This document shows positions 37,575-49,229 of a DNA stretch of 64,000 bases, piece after piece. Position 1 is the first letter of the stretch; the number at the start of each line of letters is the position of its first letter. Below the pieces are notes generated by a model. That model made no database searches. It worked only from the letters and a program-made list of their open reading frames with translations, and was not told where the DNA came from. Origin of the DNA: Dehalococcoidia bacterium (GTDB lineage: Bacteria; Chloroflexota; Dehalococcoidia; GIF9; AB-539-J10); assembly GCA_030610855.1 (NCBI GenBank), contig JAUWQY010000003.1:9743-73742 (forward strand), in the 5' to 3' direction. The translations under genes were made by a program, and so were the position numbers.

Positions 37575-38214
37575 TTGTCTCCTTCACTTCAGGCACAATA
37601 TCTCCCTTATAGATCCACACCTTGACTCCGATACGTCCCATCAATGTATGGGCCTCAGCAAAGCCGTAGTCGATATTGGCACGCAGCTTATGCAGCGGCA
37701 TCTGGCCTTGCCGGACGGTCTCAGTTCTGGCGATTTCGAGCCCGCCAAGTCTTCCTTTGCACCTTATCTTTATTCCCTTAGCACCGACTTGCATAGTTCG
37801 GAAAGCTGCTTGCCTCATCGCCCGCCGGAACGGAATTCTCTCTTCAAGACGGCCGGCTATGTTGCGAGCCACCAGAAGAGCTTCGAGCTCGGGGCGCTCG
37901 ACCTCCCTGATGGTCAACCTAATCTTATCTCCACTGGCTTTCTCCAGATCCGATTTGAGTGCCTCCACATTCTGCCCTCCCCTGCCAATCAAGATGCCGG
38001 GGCGAGCCGAGTAAAGAGTTAAATATACCTCGTCTCCCGAGCGTTCGATTATTACTTTAGCAACTGCTCCTCCAACACACTCTTGTTCCACGACCCTGCG
38101 TAGCGTCAAATCATCTAACAGAAACTGAGTATAGTGCTTCCCGGCATACCACTTAGCTCGCCAATCCTGGTTGACACCCAGCCTGAAACCGTACGGATGA
38201 ACTTTGTGTCCCAA
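37534..38214 (-). CDS. rpsC: 30S ribosomal protein S3
   Basis: [21 protein letters not shown]. Confidence 0.98.
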   Translation of the reverse strand: MGHKVHPYGFRLGVNQDWRAKWYAGKHYTQFLLDDLTLRRVVEQECVGGAVAKVIIERSGDEVYLTLYSARPGILIGRGGQNVEALKSDLEKASGDKIRLTIREVERPELEALLVARNIAGRLEERIPFRRAMRQAAFRTMQVGAKGIKIRCKGRLGGLEIARTETVRQGQMPLHKLRANIDYGFAEAHTLMGRIGVKVWIYKGDIVPEVKETSATAETNEVSQSA

Positions 38215-38215
38215 A

Positions 38216-38554
38216 CTACTCCTCCCTTTCAGCAACGAAAACTGTAATTCTACTAGATCGCTTCAAGATAGGGCTTATTCTCCCCCTTGACTGAGGGCGG
38301 AATCTCTTCAGGGTATGCCCTTGATCAGCGAATATCTCAGTGATTCTAAGCTCGGCGGGCGGCATTTGGAAGTTATTCTCAGCATTCGCTGCTGCCGATC
38401 TGATCACTTTTGCTACGGCCTTGGCTGTCGGGGTAGGCAGAAACCTCAGGATCCTCAGTGCCTCGTCAACTTTCTTGCCTCTGACCATGTTTATCGTCAA
38501 ACGAACCTTCTGAGGCGAAATGCCCACGTCCTTAGCCATAGCTCTTACCTTCAT
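38216..38554 (-). CDS. rplV: 50S ribosomal protein L22
   Basis: SPQKVRL, SAAANAENN. Confidence 0.98.
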   Translation of the reverse strand: MKVRAMAKDVGISPQKVRLTINMVRGKKVDEALRILRFLPTPTAKAVAKVIRSAAANAENNFQMPPAELRITEIFADQGHTLKRFRPQSRGRISPILKRSSRITVFVAEREE

Positions 38555-38560
38555 CGTTCT

Positions 38561-38848
38561 CTATTTCCTTGCCTGTACGGGCGCTTTAGCTTTGGCGGTG
38601 TGACCTCTGTATGTCCTGGTAGCAGCAAATTCTGCCAGTTTGTGCCCCACCATGTTCTCAGTCATGAAAATGGGTACGTGCCTCCTGCCGTTATGCACCG
38701 CAATAGTATGACCTATCATCTGCGGCAAAATGGTAGAGCAGCGAGACCACGTCTTTATCACTGTCTTCTCGCCGGAATCATTGAGCGTTTCTATCTTCCT
38801 GAGCAATTTAGCATCGCAAAAGGGCCCTTTCTTAAGCGATCGTGACAT
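38561..38848 (-). CDS. rpsS: 30S ribosomal protein S19
   Basis: [18 protein letters not shown]. Confidence 0.98.
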   Translation of the reverse strand: MSRSLKKGPFCDAKLLRKIETLNDSGEKTVIKTWSRCSTILPQMIGHTIAVHNGRRHVPIFMTENMVGHKLAEFAATRTYRGHTAKAKAPVQARK

Positions 38849-39671
38849 CCTGCTTCCTCCCTCTAAGTATCACTTTGTCGGACGTCTTGCGCCGACGCGT
38901 CTTAGCTCCCAAAGCTGGCTTTCCCCACGGAGTTTTCGGGTGCATCCCTCTCGGGGCTCTGCCCTCCCCACCCCCATGCGGATGGTCGCGGGGAGTCATA
39001 GCGGCGCCTCTGACGGAAGGTCGTTTACCTAACCATCTGTTACTCCCGGCTTTGCCTAGCTTGATATTGCCGTGATCAACATTGCCTATCTGACCAACAG
39101 TAGCCCAGCACCTGTGGTGAAACTTGCGCAGTTCGCCAGAGGGCAGTTTGAGCACGACATATTTGCCCTCCTTGCTCACGATTCGAGCAGAGCTTCCTGC
39201 GCTGTGAACCAGCTTTCCTCCCTTGCCGGGCTCAAACTCGACATTGTGTACCAAAGCCCCCACAGGAATGGAAGCCAACGGCAGGGCGTTGCCGAGTCTT
39301 ACGTCCACATCGTCGCCTGCCTGTATAGTATCACCCAGCTTTATGCCCAAAGGAGCGAGTATGTAGCGCTTTTCTCCGTCAGCATAATGAATGAGGGTGA
39401 TACGAGCCGACCGGTTAGGGTCATATTCAATGGAAGCTACTTTTCCGGGGACGGCGATCTTGTCCCTCTTGAAGTCCAGGAGGCGAAGCTTGCGCTTGCT
39501 TCCGCCACCTCTGTGACGCACTGTCAAAACGCCCCGGCTATTACGTCCTCCCTTCTTCTTTAGTGGCGCCAGCAAAGACTTCTCAGGAGCAACCTTGGTT
39601 AGCTCTTCAAAAGTAGCGCCAGACATGAATCTCCTGCCTGGAGAAGTCGGATTATATGTCTTCAATCCCAC
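38832..39671 (-). CDS. rplB: 50S ribosomal protein L2
   Basis: [17 protein letters not shown]. Confidence 0.98.
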   Translation of the reverse strand: MGLKTYNPTSPGRRFMSGATFEELTKVAPEKSLLAPLKKKGGRNSRGVLTVRHRGGGSKRKLRLLDFKRDKIAVPGKVASIEYDPNRSARITLIHYADGEKRYILAPLGIKLGDTIQAGDDVDVRLGNALPLASIPVGALVHNVEFEPGKGGKLVHSAGSSARIVSKEGKYVVLKLPSGELRKFHHRCWATVGQIGNVDHGNIKLGKAGSNRWLGKRPSVRGAAMTPRDHPHGGGEGRAPRGMHPKTPWGKPALGAKTRRRKTSDKVILRGRKQDVTIA

Positions 39672-39776
39672 AAATCGCTCCCTATTTATGTGTCCTTTGC
39701 CAGCGCGTCTTCTTCAGCAGCTTCTTGTGCTGGTGCTTGGACATCTTCTTTCTTCTCCACTTAGTGACTGAACCCA

Positions 39777-40061
39777 TTAGACACCCTCAAAGAAAGTAAT
39801 TTTGTCTCCCGGCGCCAGGCTGACTATTGCCTTCTTCCAGGAGGAGCCAGTTACCTGTCTCCTGCCTACCCTTCTTGTCTTTCCGGGCACCGTTATGACG
39901 TTGACCTTGTTCACCCTTACCTTGAAAGCTCGTTCCACTGCCTGTTTGATCTGACACTTGTTCGCTTTGCTCGCTACCTCAAAGGCGTACTTATCTCCCT
40001 GCTTGAGCAAGGTAGCCTTCTCTGTAATCAGAGGACGCCGCAGGACTTCGTAAAGATGCAA
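39777..40061 (-). CDS. rplW: 50S ribosomal protein L23
   Basis: PLITEKA, WKKAIVSL. Confidence 0.97.
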   Translation of the reverse strand: MHLYEVLRRPLITEKATLLKQGDKYAFEVASKANKCQIKQAVERAFKVRVNKVNVITVPGKTRRVGRRQVTGSSWKKAIVSLAPGDKITFFEGV

Positions 40062-40062
40062 T

Positions 40063-40686
40063 TCATTCACCCCAAATCTGCTCAATGTTGCGTATCGCCG
40101 GTACAGTGGCTATCAGCATTTTGTAGGAAAGCAGGTCCAGCACATTGATAAGAGCCGAAGGCAGGACTTTGACTTCAGGCAAGTTAGCCGCTGATTTGAC
40201 AACCCCGGGAGTCGACTGAGCAGTAAGAATCAATGTAGAAGAATCGCTCCCGAGCGAAGACAGAACCCTCATCATGTCTCTTGTCCTTGGTTCATCGAAA
40301 TCGAGTTCCTGTACCAGTCTCATATTTCCCTCTCTGACTTTGGCAGAGAGGAGGCATTTCAACGCCAATCTTCTCATCTTCTTGGGCATCGATTGGCGAT
40401 ACGTGCGTGGCTTAGGGCCGAAAACAACTCCACCTCCCCTTAGCAGGGGTGATTTTACGCTTCCCCTTCGCGCCCTACCAGTGTGCTTTTGGGCATAGAG
40501 TTTCCTTGTGCTCCCTGTGACTTCGCTCCTCGTCTTGGCAGATGCAGTACCTTGGCGTCTATTGGCCAATTGCCTGGTCATTGCCTGGTGAACTACTGCC
40601 TCATTGAAGGGAAGACCAAAAACGCCCTGGCTCAGGTGTATTTGGTCGACAACCTCACCATTTAGACTATAAACTGGCACTTCCAC
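40063..40686 (-). CDS. rplD: 50S ribosomal protein L4
   Basis: RQGTASAKTRSEV, GGGVVFGPKPR. Confidence 0.98.
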   Translation of the reverse strand: MEVPVYSLNGEVVDQIHLSQGVFGLPFNEAVVHQAMTRQLANRRQGTASAKTRSEVTGSTRKLYAQKHTGRARRGSVKSPLLRGGGVVFGPKPRTYRQSMPKKMRRLALKCLLSAKVREGNMRLVQELDFDEPRTRDMMRVLSSLGSDSSTLILTAQSTPGVVKSAANLPEVKVLPSALINVLDLLSYKMLIATVPAIRNIEQIWGE

Positions 40687-40692
40687 GTCCTG

Positions 40693-41319
40693 TTACCTTA
40701 CCTTCTCAACTATCAATAGGCCGCCGTTGGCTCCGGGTACTGCACCCTTCACCAGAAGCAGACTACGCTCCGGATCAGTTTGGACCACCTCGAGACTAAG
40801 GGCTTTGACTCTCCTATTTCCCATATGTCCTGCCATGCGTTTTCCTTTCAATACCCGACCTGGAGACGTGGTGGCACCAATCGAACCAGGGGCGCGATGC
40901 CGGTCGCTCTGGCCGTGGGTCTTTGGTCCACCCGAAAAACCGTGTCGCTTCACCACGCCGGCAAAGCCCTTGCCCTTAGAAAAGCCTGTTATGTTCACGG
41001 AGTCGCCGGCCTTCAGGAAGCCAATATCCACCTTGTCACCCCGCTTGACTGTGCTGATATCATCAGTTCTCAGTTCGCGAAGATGGCAGACCGGTTCTAT
41101 CCCTCGAAGATGCCCCTTCTGCGGGGAGTTCAGCCGAGACTGTTTCACTCCACCTACCATAAGGCCTAACTGGATAGCATTGTAGCCATCCTTGCCCTGG
41201 CTCTTCACCTGAGTTACCACCGAAGGCCCAGCCCGGATAACCGTCACTGCTATCGCCTCTCCGTTTTCCTGAAAGAGCTGCGTCATGCCTATTTTCTTAC
41301 CAATAATGCCTGGAAACAT
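40693..41319 (-). CDS. rplC: 50S ribosomal protein L3
   Basis: GKKIGMTQ, KGKGFAGVVKRH. Confidence 0.98.
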   Translation of the reverse strand: MFPGIIGKKIGMTQLFQENGEAIAVTVIRAGPSVVTQVKSQGKDGYNAIQLGLMVGGVKQSRLNSPQKGHLRGIEPVCHLRELRTDDISTVKRGDKVDIGFLKAGDSVNITGFSKGKGFAGVVKRHGFSGGPKTHGQSDRHRAPGSIGATTSPGRVLKGKRMAGHMGNRRVKALSLEVVQTDPERSLLLVKGAVPGANGGLLIVEKVR

Positions 41320-41327
41320 AGTCCTAA

Positions 41328-41636
41328 CTATAACCTAATGTCAATCTCGACTCCGGATGCCAGATTAAGCTGACTCAGGGCATCTATAGTCTTGGAACTC
41401 GGCTGCAAGATATCAATCAACCTCTTATGAGTCCTGATCTCGAACTGCTCCCTGGAATCTTTGTCGATGTTGGACGAACGAATAACGCAGAACTTCTCAA
41501 TATGTGTGGGCAAAGGTACCGGGCCAACTACTATAGCCCCGGTACGTGCAACTGTTTCCACTATTTGTCTTACCGCTTGATCAGCCAACCTGTGATCGAA
41601 GCTCTTTATTTTGATACGAACTTTCTGCTCAGTCAT
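41328..41636 (-). CDS. rpsJ: 30S ribosomal protein S10
   Basis: [19 protein letters not shown]. Confidence 0.98.
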   Translation of the reverse strand: MTEQKVRIKIKSFDHRLADQAVRQIVETVARTGAIVVGPVPLPTHIEKFCVIRSSNIDKDSREQFEIRTHKRLIDILQPSSKTIDALSQLNLASGVEIDIRL

Positions 41637-43702
41637 CTGCTTCTTCCCGCTTTGGCAACGATCTGCTCAGCCAAGCCTTGAGGCAATTCCTCATGGTGAT
41701 GAAACTGCATGGTATGACTTGCTCTCCCTTGACTGAGCGACCTCAAATCGCCGGCGAAACCGAATGTCTCCGCCAGAGGAACAAGGCAACGGATGGTGGA
41801 AGACTCATCACGACTCTCAATGCCTTCTATATGAGCTCTTCGAGAGTGCAAATCGCCGATAGCGTCTCCCAGGAACTGATCCGGAGTTGTTATTTCCACC
41901 TCCATGATTGGCTCGAGGATAATAGGCTTAGCTTTGTTTATCCCATCGCGCATAGCCATGAAAGCTGCCATCCTGAAAGCCACGTCCGAAGAATCGACCT
42001 CGTGAAAACTGCCGTCATACAAAGTTACCTTCACATCCACTACGGGATAACCGGATAATCCCCCGCTCTGCAAGACTCCTTTAACACCGGCTTCTACTGA
42101 TGAAATGAATTCCTTGGGTATAGCTCCACTTCGAATCTGGTCGCGAAACTCAAATCCACTGCCACGGTCGCCCGGTTCAATTCTAAGCCAAACATGCCCG
42201 AATTGCCCTCTGCCGCCGGATTGACGTACAAATCTTCCTTCCGACTCCACAGGAACGGTGATTGTTCCCTTATAAGCGACTTGAGGCTTGCCGGCGTTGA
42301 CCCTTATGCCATATTCGCGAAATACGCGCTCCATTAATACCTCGAGATGGAGTTCACCCATACCCGAGATCAGGGTTTGGCCTGTCTCCTGGTCATGATT
42401 AATCTTGAAGGTAGGATCCTCGATAGCGAGTTTCGCCAGGGTATCGTCCAACTTGTCCTGGTCAGCCCTACTCTTGGGCTCAACAGCCATGGAGAGTACA
42501 GGCTCAGCAAACCGTATAGCCTCAAAAAGCACCGGTCGCGTGGGCTCACAAAGAGTCTCACCTGTCGAGGTCATCTTGAGCCCCAGCGTAGCTACAATGG
42601 TCCCGGCCTCAGCATGGTCGACTTCCTCGCGGTGATCGGCATGCATGACATACAGTTTCCCCAACCTCTCCTTCTTATCTATGCTGGAGTTCAGGACTTG
42701 CGCCCCAGCTTTTGTGCTTCCTGAGTATACGCGCATGTAGACCAATCTGCCCATAAACGGGTCGGAGACGGTTTTGAACGCCAATGCGGAAAAAGGCTCA
42801 TCATCACTCGTCAGACGAAGGATTTCCTCTCCAGTTCTGGGGTTAGTAGCCAGAACGGGAGGGATGTCCAGCGGCGAGGGGAGATAATCAACAATAGCAT
42901 CGAGCAATGACTGGATGCCTTTGTCTCTCAAGGCGCTGCCACAAAGGACAGGCACTATGCGGTTAGAAATGGTCAACCTTCTTATGGCTGCCTTGATCTC
43001 AGAGGCAGCGATGTCTTGCCCGTCCAGATAGGGCAGCATAATCTGTTCATCGAGCTCAGCCAGGCTCTCTATCAGTGCTTGACGGTGCTTGGCCTGCAAA
43101 GCCTCAATGCCTTCCGTGATCGAATCTGAATTGGAATCGACGGCAAAAGGAATGACCTTGTTCTCCACAAGGTCGATGACGCCACGAAAGAGCTTTTCAC
43201 TGCCTACGGGGAGTTGTACGGGTAACGCCTTGCTGCGCAACCTTTCGTTAATCATGACCACTGTGTGATTGAAATCAGCGCCCAGCCTGTCCATCTTGTT
43301 GATAAAACAGATCCTTGCCACGCCGTATTTATTGGCCTGGCGCCAGACAGCCTCTGACTGAGCTTCCACTCCGGCCACACCATCGAAAATCACAACACCA
43401 CCATCTAATACGCGGAGGCTACGCTCTACTTCGGCCGTGAAATCTACGTGCCCGGGTGTATCGATGATGTTTATCCAGTGTTCGTGCCAGTGACATGTAG
43501 TAGCTGCTGCAGAGATGGTAATACCTCGTTCTCTTTCCTGCTCCATCCAGTCCATCACTGCAGTGCCTGCATCCACGCTTCCAACCTTGTAAGTGCGCCC
43601 GGCATGGTGCAGGATCATCTCAGTAGCTGTGGTCTTGCCAGCATCTATGTGAGCAATGATTCCTATATTCCGTATTTTTTCCAAAGGGAAAGTCCGCGAC
43701 AT
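41633..43702 (-). CDS. fusA: Elongation factor G
   Basis: [28 protein letters not shown]. Confidence 0.98.
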   Translation of the reverse strand: MSRTFPLEKIRNIGIIAHIDAGKTTATEMILHHAGRTYKVGSVDAGTAVMDWMEQERERGITISAAATTCHWHEHWINIIDTPGHVDFTAEVERSLRVLDGGVVIFDGVAGVEAQSEAVWRQANKYGVARICFINKMDRLGADFNHTVVMINERLRSKALPVQLPVGSEKLFRGVIDLVENKVIPFAVDSNSDSITEGIEALQAKHRQALIESLAELDEQIMLPYLDGQDIAASEIKAAIRRLTISNRIVPVLCGSALRDKGIQSLLDAIVDYLPSPLDIPPVLATNPRTGEEILRLTSDDEPFSALAFKTVSDPFMGRLVYMRVYSGSTKAGAQVLNSSIDKKERLGKLYVMHADHREEVDHAEAGTIVATLGLKMTSTGETLCEPTRPVLFEAIRFAEPVLSMAVEPKSRADQDKLDDTLAKLAIEDPTFKINHDQETGQTLISGMGELHLEVLMERVFREYGIRVNAGKPQVAYKGTITVPVESEGRFVRQSGGRGQFGHVWLRIEPGDRGSGFEFRDQIRSGAIPKEFISSVEAGVKGVLQSGGLSGYPVVDVKVTLYDGSFHEVDSSDVAFRMAAFMAMRDGINKAKPIILEPIMEVEITTPDQFLGDAIGDLHSRRAHIEGIESRDESSTIRCLVPLAETFGFAGDLRSLSQGRASHTMQFHHHEELPQGLAEQIVAKAGRSR

Positions 43703-43744
43703 GAGTTTGTCCTTTACCTCAAGTACTGCTTTCAACACTGCTCT

Positions 43745-44218
43745 TCACCAGCGGTAGTGAGCATAGGCTTTGTTCGCCTCTGCCATCCTGTGAATATCCT
43801 CCCGTTTCTTGATTGTGACCCCACGACCTTGGATCGCGTCAATTAGCTCTGAGGCCAACTTGGCTTCCATTGATTTGCCACTACGAGCCCGCGCCGAAGC
43901 TATGAGCCACCTCATGGCAAGAGCACGCCCTCGATCCTCCTGGATCTCCATGGGCACCTGATAGGTGGCCCCGCCGACACGGCGCGACTTGACCATGACA
44001 AGCGGCGCCGCATTTCGTATCGCTCGCTCTAAGGCTTCGTCGGGATTGCTATTCACCTGCTCGGCAGCGAACTGCAAGGCATTGTAGACAATGCGCTCGG
44101 CTGTGTTCTTCTGCCCTCGAATCATGAGCCTATTGATAAACTTGGCCACGGTGACGCTGTTGTATTTAGCATCGGGTGGCGGCGTTCTCTTCACTACTCT
44201 TCTAGGGTCTCTTGGCAT
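43745..44218 (-). CDS. rpsG: 30S ribosomal protein S7
   Basis: RRVGGATYQVP, MAEANKA. Confidence 0.98.
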   Translation of the reverse strand: MPRDPRRVVKRTPPPDAKYNSVTVAKFINRLMIRGQKNTAERIVYNALQFAAEQVNSNPDEALERAIRNAAPLVMVKSRRVGGATYQVPMEIQEDRGRALAMRWLIASARARSGKSMEAKLASELIDAIQGRGVTIKKREDIHRMAEANKAYAHYRW

Positions 44219-44230
44219 TTGACATCCCTG

Positions 44231-44644
44231 CTATTTCGGGGCCTTGGCCCCATACCTGCTGCGACTTCGTTTGCGATTGGCTACTCCTTCAGTGTCCAGA
44301 GTGCCACGGATAATGTGATAGCGGATACCGGGCACATCCTTGACCCTGCCGCCACGAAGCAAGACTACCGAGTGCTCTTGCAGATTATGTCCTTCACCGG
44401 GAATATAGGCAGTCACTTCCATGCCGTTGGTCAGCCGGACACGGGCAACTTTACGCAGAGCCGAGTTAGGTTTCTTGGGTGTAACCGTCTTGACCAGGAT
44501 ACATACTCCTCTTTTTTGAGGCGCCCCTTGACCCCAGGTAACTCTTGCTTTCATCGTATTTCGGACGTAATGCAATGCTGGGACATCGCTTTTCTTTCTC
44601 AGCTTCTGTCTGCCTTTCCGAACAAGTTGATTCACTGTTGGCAT
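44231..44644 (-). CDS. rpsL: 30S ribosomal protein S12
   Basis: [16 protein letters not shown]. Confidence 0.98.
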   Translation of the reverse strand: MPTVNQLVRKGRQKLRKKSDVPALHYVRNTMKARVTWGQGAPQKRGVCILVKTVTPKKPNSALRKVARVRLTNGMEVTAYIPGEGHNLQEHSVVLLRGGRVKDVPGIRYHIIRGTLDTEGVANRKRSRSRYGAKAPK

Positions 44645-44971
44645 TCTTATTCTCCCCTATTTCGGGCAACTGAAAAGCCGCCTGGTTATATGCCGGTCTA
44701 CTCCAAGAAAAACCTGCTCGGCTTTAGCCAGCCGGCTTTTGCAGTTCTCTAAGCCCTTACCTTCTAGTAGACGCCAATTCCCCAATTTAACACAAGATAA
44801 TTGGCATGTCAACTACAGTGTCTCAAATCCTGCCAATTATTGAGAACTGGGCGATTGATGCTTCAGAACTGGAGTGGGGTATTGCCTCATTCTGAGGGAA
44901 AATGTGTTAATCTATGTGCCATACTGCGCACCAGACCTCCGTCTTTGCCCCACGGGGATCGAGTTGAGAGT

Positions 44972-45622
44972 ATGAAGACCTTAGTTCAATGTGATTTCGA
45001 CGGTACAATCACCGAGGAAGATGCCAGTTTCTTTATTCTGGATGCCTACGCCGAGGGAGATTGGCGACGATTGCTGCAAGAGTACAGGGAGCGCAGGATA
45101 TCGGTATGTGGGTTCAATACCGTGGCCTTCTCCATGGTTAAGGCCGACAAACCTGCGCTGCTTCAGACGCTGAAAGGCAAGGTCAAGGTGCGGGCCGGGT
45201 TTCATGAACTGGTGGACTACTGCCTGAGAAAGGGCTTCAAATTCGTGATCGTGAGCAATGGCCTGGATTTCTACATAGAGGCCGTTCTGAAAGACCTGAG
45301 CCTGGAAAACCTCGAAGTCTACTCAGCACAGACTTCGTTTCACCCTGAAGGGATGAGAGTTCAGTATGTGGGGCCCGACGGCAGGCGATTAAGGGATGGC
45401 TTCAAAGAGGCGTACATCCGGTCATTTCTGAAGCTGGGGTACAGGGTAATATATATGGGAAACGGCGACTCCGATTTTGCCCCGGCAAGACACGCCCATC
45501 ACGTCTTTGCCACGGGCGAACTGCAAAAACGTTGCAGGGAGAACGGCCTGAATTGCAGACCTCTTGAGAGTTTTATTGATGCCGTCAGAGATATGGAAGC
45601 GATATCACAGGTCCAGCTCTGA
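44972..45622 (+). CDS. MtnX-like HAD-IB phosphatase
   Basis: DFDGTIT, VSNG, GNGDSD. Confidence 0.85.
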   Translation: MKTLVQCDFDGTITEEDASFFILDAYAEGDWRRLLQEYRERRISVCGFNTVAFSMVKADKPALLQTLKGKVKVRAGFHELVDYCLRKGFKFVIVSNGLDFYIEAVLKDLSLENLEVYSAQTSFHPEGMRVQYVGPDGRRLRDGFKEAYIRSFLKLGYRVIYMGNGDSDFAPARHAHHVFATGELQKRCRENGLNCRPLESFIDAVRDMEAISQVQL

Positions 45623-46165
45623 AGCAATTCCCTGCATCGCTTCGATTCCCAGGCTTATGAACTCTTCCAGCTCCAGTCCGATTTCCCGGCACTCCGCCAC
45701 TTGTTCTCGGCTAACTCCGGCAGCAAAGCTCTTTTCTCGAAAGCGCTTCATCACCGATTTGCTCGCCAGTCCGCTCAGTTTGTCGGGGCGAACCAATGCG
45801 GCAGCAGTAATGAGTCCGCTGAGTGGGTCAGCGCAAAAGAGGGCCTTATCCAACTCGGTTTCCCGAGAAACATCGTGAGCTTCGTTATGGCACAGAACTG
45901 CATGGGTCATAGTCTCATTGGCCCCCAGTTCCCGTGCTATGTCAGCACCCAATATGCTATGGCTGCTCATATCATGCTTAACCAATTCTACGTCTATGTC
46001 GTGAACGAGACCGGTAAGCCCCCACTCTTCTTCGTCCTTCCCGAGCTTTCTGGCCAGGATGCGCATGATCGCCTCGGTGGCCAGCATATGCTTTATCATA
46101 TTCCTATCATGGACATTCTCGTAGATGGAATCAAGAATCCTTTCCCTGTCGAGTTCAGAGCTCAT
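45605..46165 (-). CDS. HD/HDIG-domain protein
   Basis: KHML, GLVHDID, CADPLSG, KSFAAGV. Confidence 0.85.
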   Translation of the reverse strand: MSSELDRERILDSIYENVHDRNMIKHMLATEAIMRILARKLGKDEEEWGLTGLVHDIDVELVKHDMSSHSILGADIARELGANETMTHAVLCHNEAHDVSRETELDKALFCADPLSGLITAAALVRPDKLSGLASKSVMKRFREKSFAAGVSREQVAECREIGLELEEFISLGIEAMQGIASELDL

Positions 46166-49017
46166 ACCAATGCCTTCTCCCGCTGCCTCAATAATATACC
46201 ACGTAGATACCGCCCTGTGGAAGAGGCGTCGTTTTCTGCCAATTGCTCAGGCGTCCCGGCAGCCACAAGATCGCCACCTTCATCGCCGGCACCAGGACCA
46301 AGGTCGATAACCCAGTCGGCGTTCTTTATCACATCGAGATGGTGCTCAATGACAACTACCGTGTTCCCATGGTCCACGAGGCGCTGCAGCACTGTCAGCA
46401 GGCAAGCAATATCTGAGAAAGACAGACCGGTAGTTGGTTCATCCAGTATGTAAAGCGTCTTACCTGTGGAGCGACGTGACAGCTCAGCCGCCAGTTTTAT
46501 TCGCTGGGCTTCTCCCCCGGAAAGGGTCGGCGCTGGCTGCCCCAGGCGAATATACCCCAGGCCTACGTCTCGCAGGGTCTCGAGCTTGTTCCTCACTTTG
46601 GGGAAATGGTCAAAGAAGAGCAAAGCTTCGTCCACCGTCATATCGAGGATTTCGGCGATGTTCTCTCCCTTGAAGTGGATCTCCAGCGCTTCGCGGTTGT
46701 ACCTTTTCCCTTTGCATACCTCGCAAGGAACGGTGACATTGGCCAGGAACTGCATCTCTATCTGCACGTAGCCCGCTCCCTGACAGGCTTCGCACCTTCC
46801 CCCTCTCACGTTGAAGGAGAAGCGTCCCTGGAGATAACCGCGCATTCTGGCTTCGGGAACAGCGGCGAAAAGCTCACGAATAGGAGTAAATGTTCCCGTA
46901 TAAGTAGCTGCATTACTCCGCGGTGTGCGACCAATCGGTGACTGGTCAATGTTGACCACCTTATCAATGTGCTCGACGCCCACGATATCGTCGCATTCGC
47001 CGGGCCTTTCCTTGGCTCGATATAGGAGGCGTGCCAGCCTCCTATACAGGACCTCGTTGATGAGAGAGCTTTTGCCGCTTCCAGAGACGCCGGTAATGCA
47101 CACGAACTTGCCGAGCGGGATGTGGCCGTCGATGTTCTTCAGGTTATTTTCCCTGGCACCTTTGATTACCAGTTCTCTTCCTGAACCCGGGCGACGCTCG
47201 TGCGGCAGGGGGATTTGCTTGATCCCGCTGAGGTACTGGCCCGTTACTGAGTGAGGACAGCTCATCACATCTTGCAGTGTCCCTGTGGCGACAACTTGTC
47301 CCCCGTGTCTACCGGCCCCGGGCCCCATATCGATAACGTGGTCAGCGGCTCTCATTACAGCTTCATCGTGCTCGACGATGATTATGGTGTTGTCCAGGTC
47401 TCTCAGGTGCTTCAGCGTTGTTATGAGCCGGGAGCCGTCGGCAGGGTGCAAGCCCACCGTGGGCTCGTCACAAATGTAAAGAACGCCGGTCAGCCCACTG
47501 CCAATCTGGGTAGCCAGGCGGATTCTCTGAGCCTCACCACCGCTCAATGTTGCCGAAGGGCGGTCCAGAGTTAGATAGCCCAGACCTATATCTTTCAGAA
47601 AGCCCAACCGCGCATGAATCTCTCTGATGATCTGCTTAGCTATTGTGAGTTCGCGAGGACTGATCTCATCGCCCAGTTGTGCCGCCCAGTTCAGAGCCCT
47701 CGTAACGGGTAGCGTGGTAACATCCATTATACTCTTGCCCGTAATAGTGACGGCCAGGGATTCCGGTTTCAGCCTCTTACTCCGGCAGACAGAGCAAGGA
47801 TTGGATCCCATATAGCGCTCAATATCGGTCCTGATGCTATCGGACTCCGTCTCCCGGTAGCGGCGTTCCAGGCGTGGTATGACACCTTCGAAATTGGCGT
47901 AGTACTGCCGCAGTCTGCCATGGCGGTCCTCATATGTGACGGGAAATGGTTCACCCCCATCCCCATATAGAATAATATGCAGGAATTCCTCGCTCAGTTC
48001 CGTGATCGGCGTGGTTAGAGAAAAACCGTGGCGGCCACTCAGCGACCGCAGCATGCTATCGTACCAGGGTTTGAGTTGCCCGTTTGTGGTCCAGGGTTGG
48101 ATAGCTCCTTCAGCGAGGCTCAGTCTCCTGTCAGGGACGACCAGGTTAGGGTCGATTTCCAGGTTGTATCCCAGTCCCGTGCAGGCAGGGCAAGCTCCGT
48201 AAGGGCTGTTAAAACTGAAGGTTCTGGGAGCTATTTCTCCCAGGCTTATACCGCAGTAGACGCAGGCAAAATGCTCCGAGAACAGCGATTCCTCGCCATC
48301 AAGGACTTTGATGAGCACTACGCCCGACCCCAGTTTCAGTGCTGTCTCAACAGAGTCGGCAAGCCGGGCGGCGCTCTCACCTTTCTCCATCTGTAGTCTA
48401 TCGACCACCACTTCCACGGTGTGCTTCTTGTTCTTATCTAACTGCAACTCCTCAGACAGGTCATAGATTTGTCCGTCGACTCGAGCCCTGACGAACCCTG
48501 CCTTCTGCAAATCCTTGAATATTGTCTGATGTTCGCCTTTGCGGTCTCTGACCAGAGGCGCCAAGATCATGATGCGACTGCCTTCGGGAATCTCCTGAAC
48601 GGAGTCGACGATCTGCTGCACTGTCTGCTGTGAGATCGCCCTTCCGCATTCAGGGCAATGCGGGTGTCCGGTGCGGGCGAAGAGAAGCCGCAAATAGTCG
48701 TATATCTCGGTCAGGGTGCCTACAGTAGACCTCGGGTTATGAGACGGTCCTTTCTGGTCAATGGATATGGCCGGACTGAGCCCTTCAATGTAATCGACGT
48801 CCGGCTTCTCCATCTGCCCGAGGAACTGGCGGGCATAGGCAGAAAGGGACTCCATGTAACGGCGCTGCCCCTCGGCATATATGGTATCGAAAGCCAGAGA
48901 ACTCTTTCCTGAGCCGGAAACGCCGGTGATAACCACCAGTTTGTTCCGGGGGATGACGACGTCTATATTCTTAAGGTTGTGTTCTCTGGCGCCCTTAACA
49001 GATATGACATCCGGCAT
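46162..49017 (-). CDS. uvrA: Excinuclease ABC subunit A
   Basis: GAREHNLKN, two [17 protein letters not shown]. Confidence 0.98.
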   Translation of the reverse strand: MPDVISVKGAREHNLKNIDVVIPRNKLVVITGVSGSGKSSLAFDTIYAEGQRRYMESLSAYARQFLGQMEKPDVDYIEGLSPAISIDQKGPSHNPRSTVGTLTEIYDYLRLLFARTGHPHCPECGRAISQQTVQQIVDSVQEIPEGSRIMILAPLVRDRKGEHQTIFKDLQKAGFVRARVDGQIYDLSEELQLDKNKKHTVEVVVDRLQMEKGESAARLADSVETALKLGSGVVLIKVLDGEESLFSEHFACVYCGISLGEIAPRTFSFNSPYGACPACTGLGYNLEIDPNLVVPDRRLSLAEGAIQPWTTNGQLKPWYDSMLRSLSGRHGFSLTTPITELSEEFLHIILYGDGGEPFPVTYEDRHGRLRQYYANFEGVIPRLERRYRETESDSIRTDIERYMGSNPCSVCRSKRLKPESLAVTITGKSIMDVTTLPVTRALNWAAQLGDEISPRELTIAKQIIREIHARLGFLKDIGLGYLTLDRPSATLSGGEAQRIRLATQIGSGLTGVLYICDEPTVGLHPADGSRLITTLKHLRDLDNTIIIVEHDEAVMRAADHVIDMGPGAGRHGGQVVATGTLQDVMSCPHSVTGQYLSGIKQIPLPHERRPGSGRELVIKGARENNLKNIDGHIPLGKFVCITGVSGSGKSSLINEVLYRRLARLLYRAKERPGECDDIVGVEHIDKVVNIDQSPIGRTPRSNAATYTGTFTPIRELFAAVPEARMRGYLQGRFSFNVRGGRCEACQGAGYVQIEMQFLANVTVPCEVCKGKRYNREALEIHFKGENIAEILDMTVDEALLFFDHFPKVRNKLETLRDVGLGYIRLGQPAPTLSGGEAQRIKLAAELSRRSTGKTLYILDEPTTGLSFSDIACLLTVLQRLVDHGNTVVVIEHHLDVIKNADWVIDLGPGAGDEGGDLVAAGTPEQLAENDASSTGRYLRGILLRQREKALV

Positions 49018-49087
49018 GGTTCCTATTGTAACACTGGCACGCGTGCTTCTCAAAGGGGAATCGACGAGATTGTCCGGCCACGCGAAT

Positions 49088-49224
49088 CGCTATTGTGAGC
49101 CCCGACCTGGCGGGGCATGGCAATCCAATACAACGTCCCGAGACTGCCTCGGCTGGCTAGGCCAGCCTCGCAATGACAGGGTGAGAGTGTCATTGCGAGC
49201 ACCTGAAAGGTGCGCGGCAATCTC
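49088..49224. repeat. RPE/REP-like palindromic repeat, one full unit plus a half
   Basis: ...ggcaatc...gagactgcc...ctcgcaatgaca then tgtcattgcgag...ggcaatctc. Confidence 0.65.
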
Positions 49225-49229
49225 TTCGG

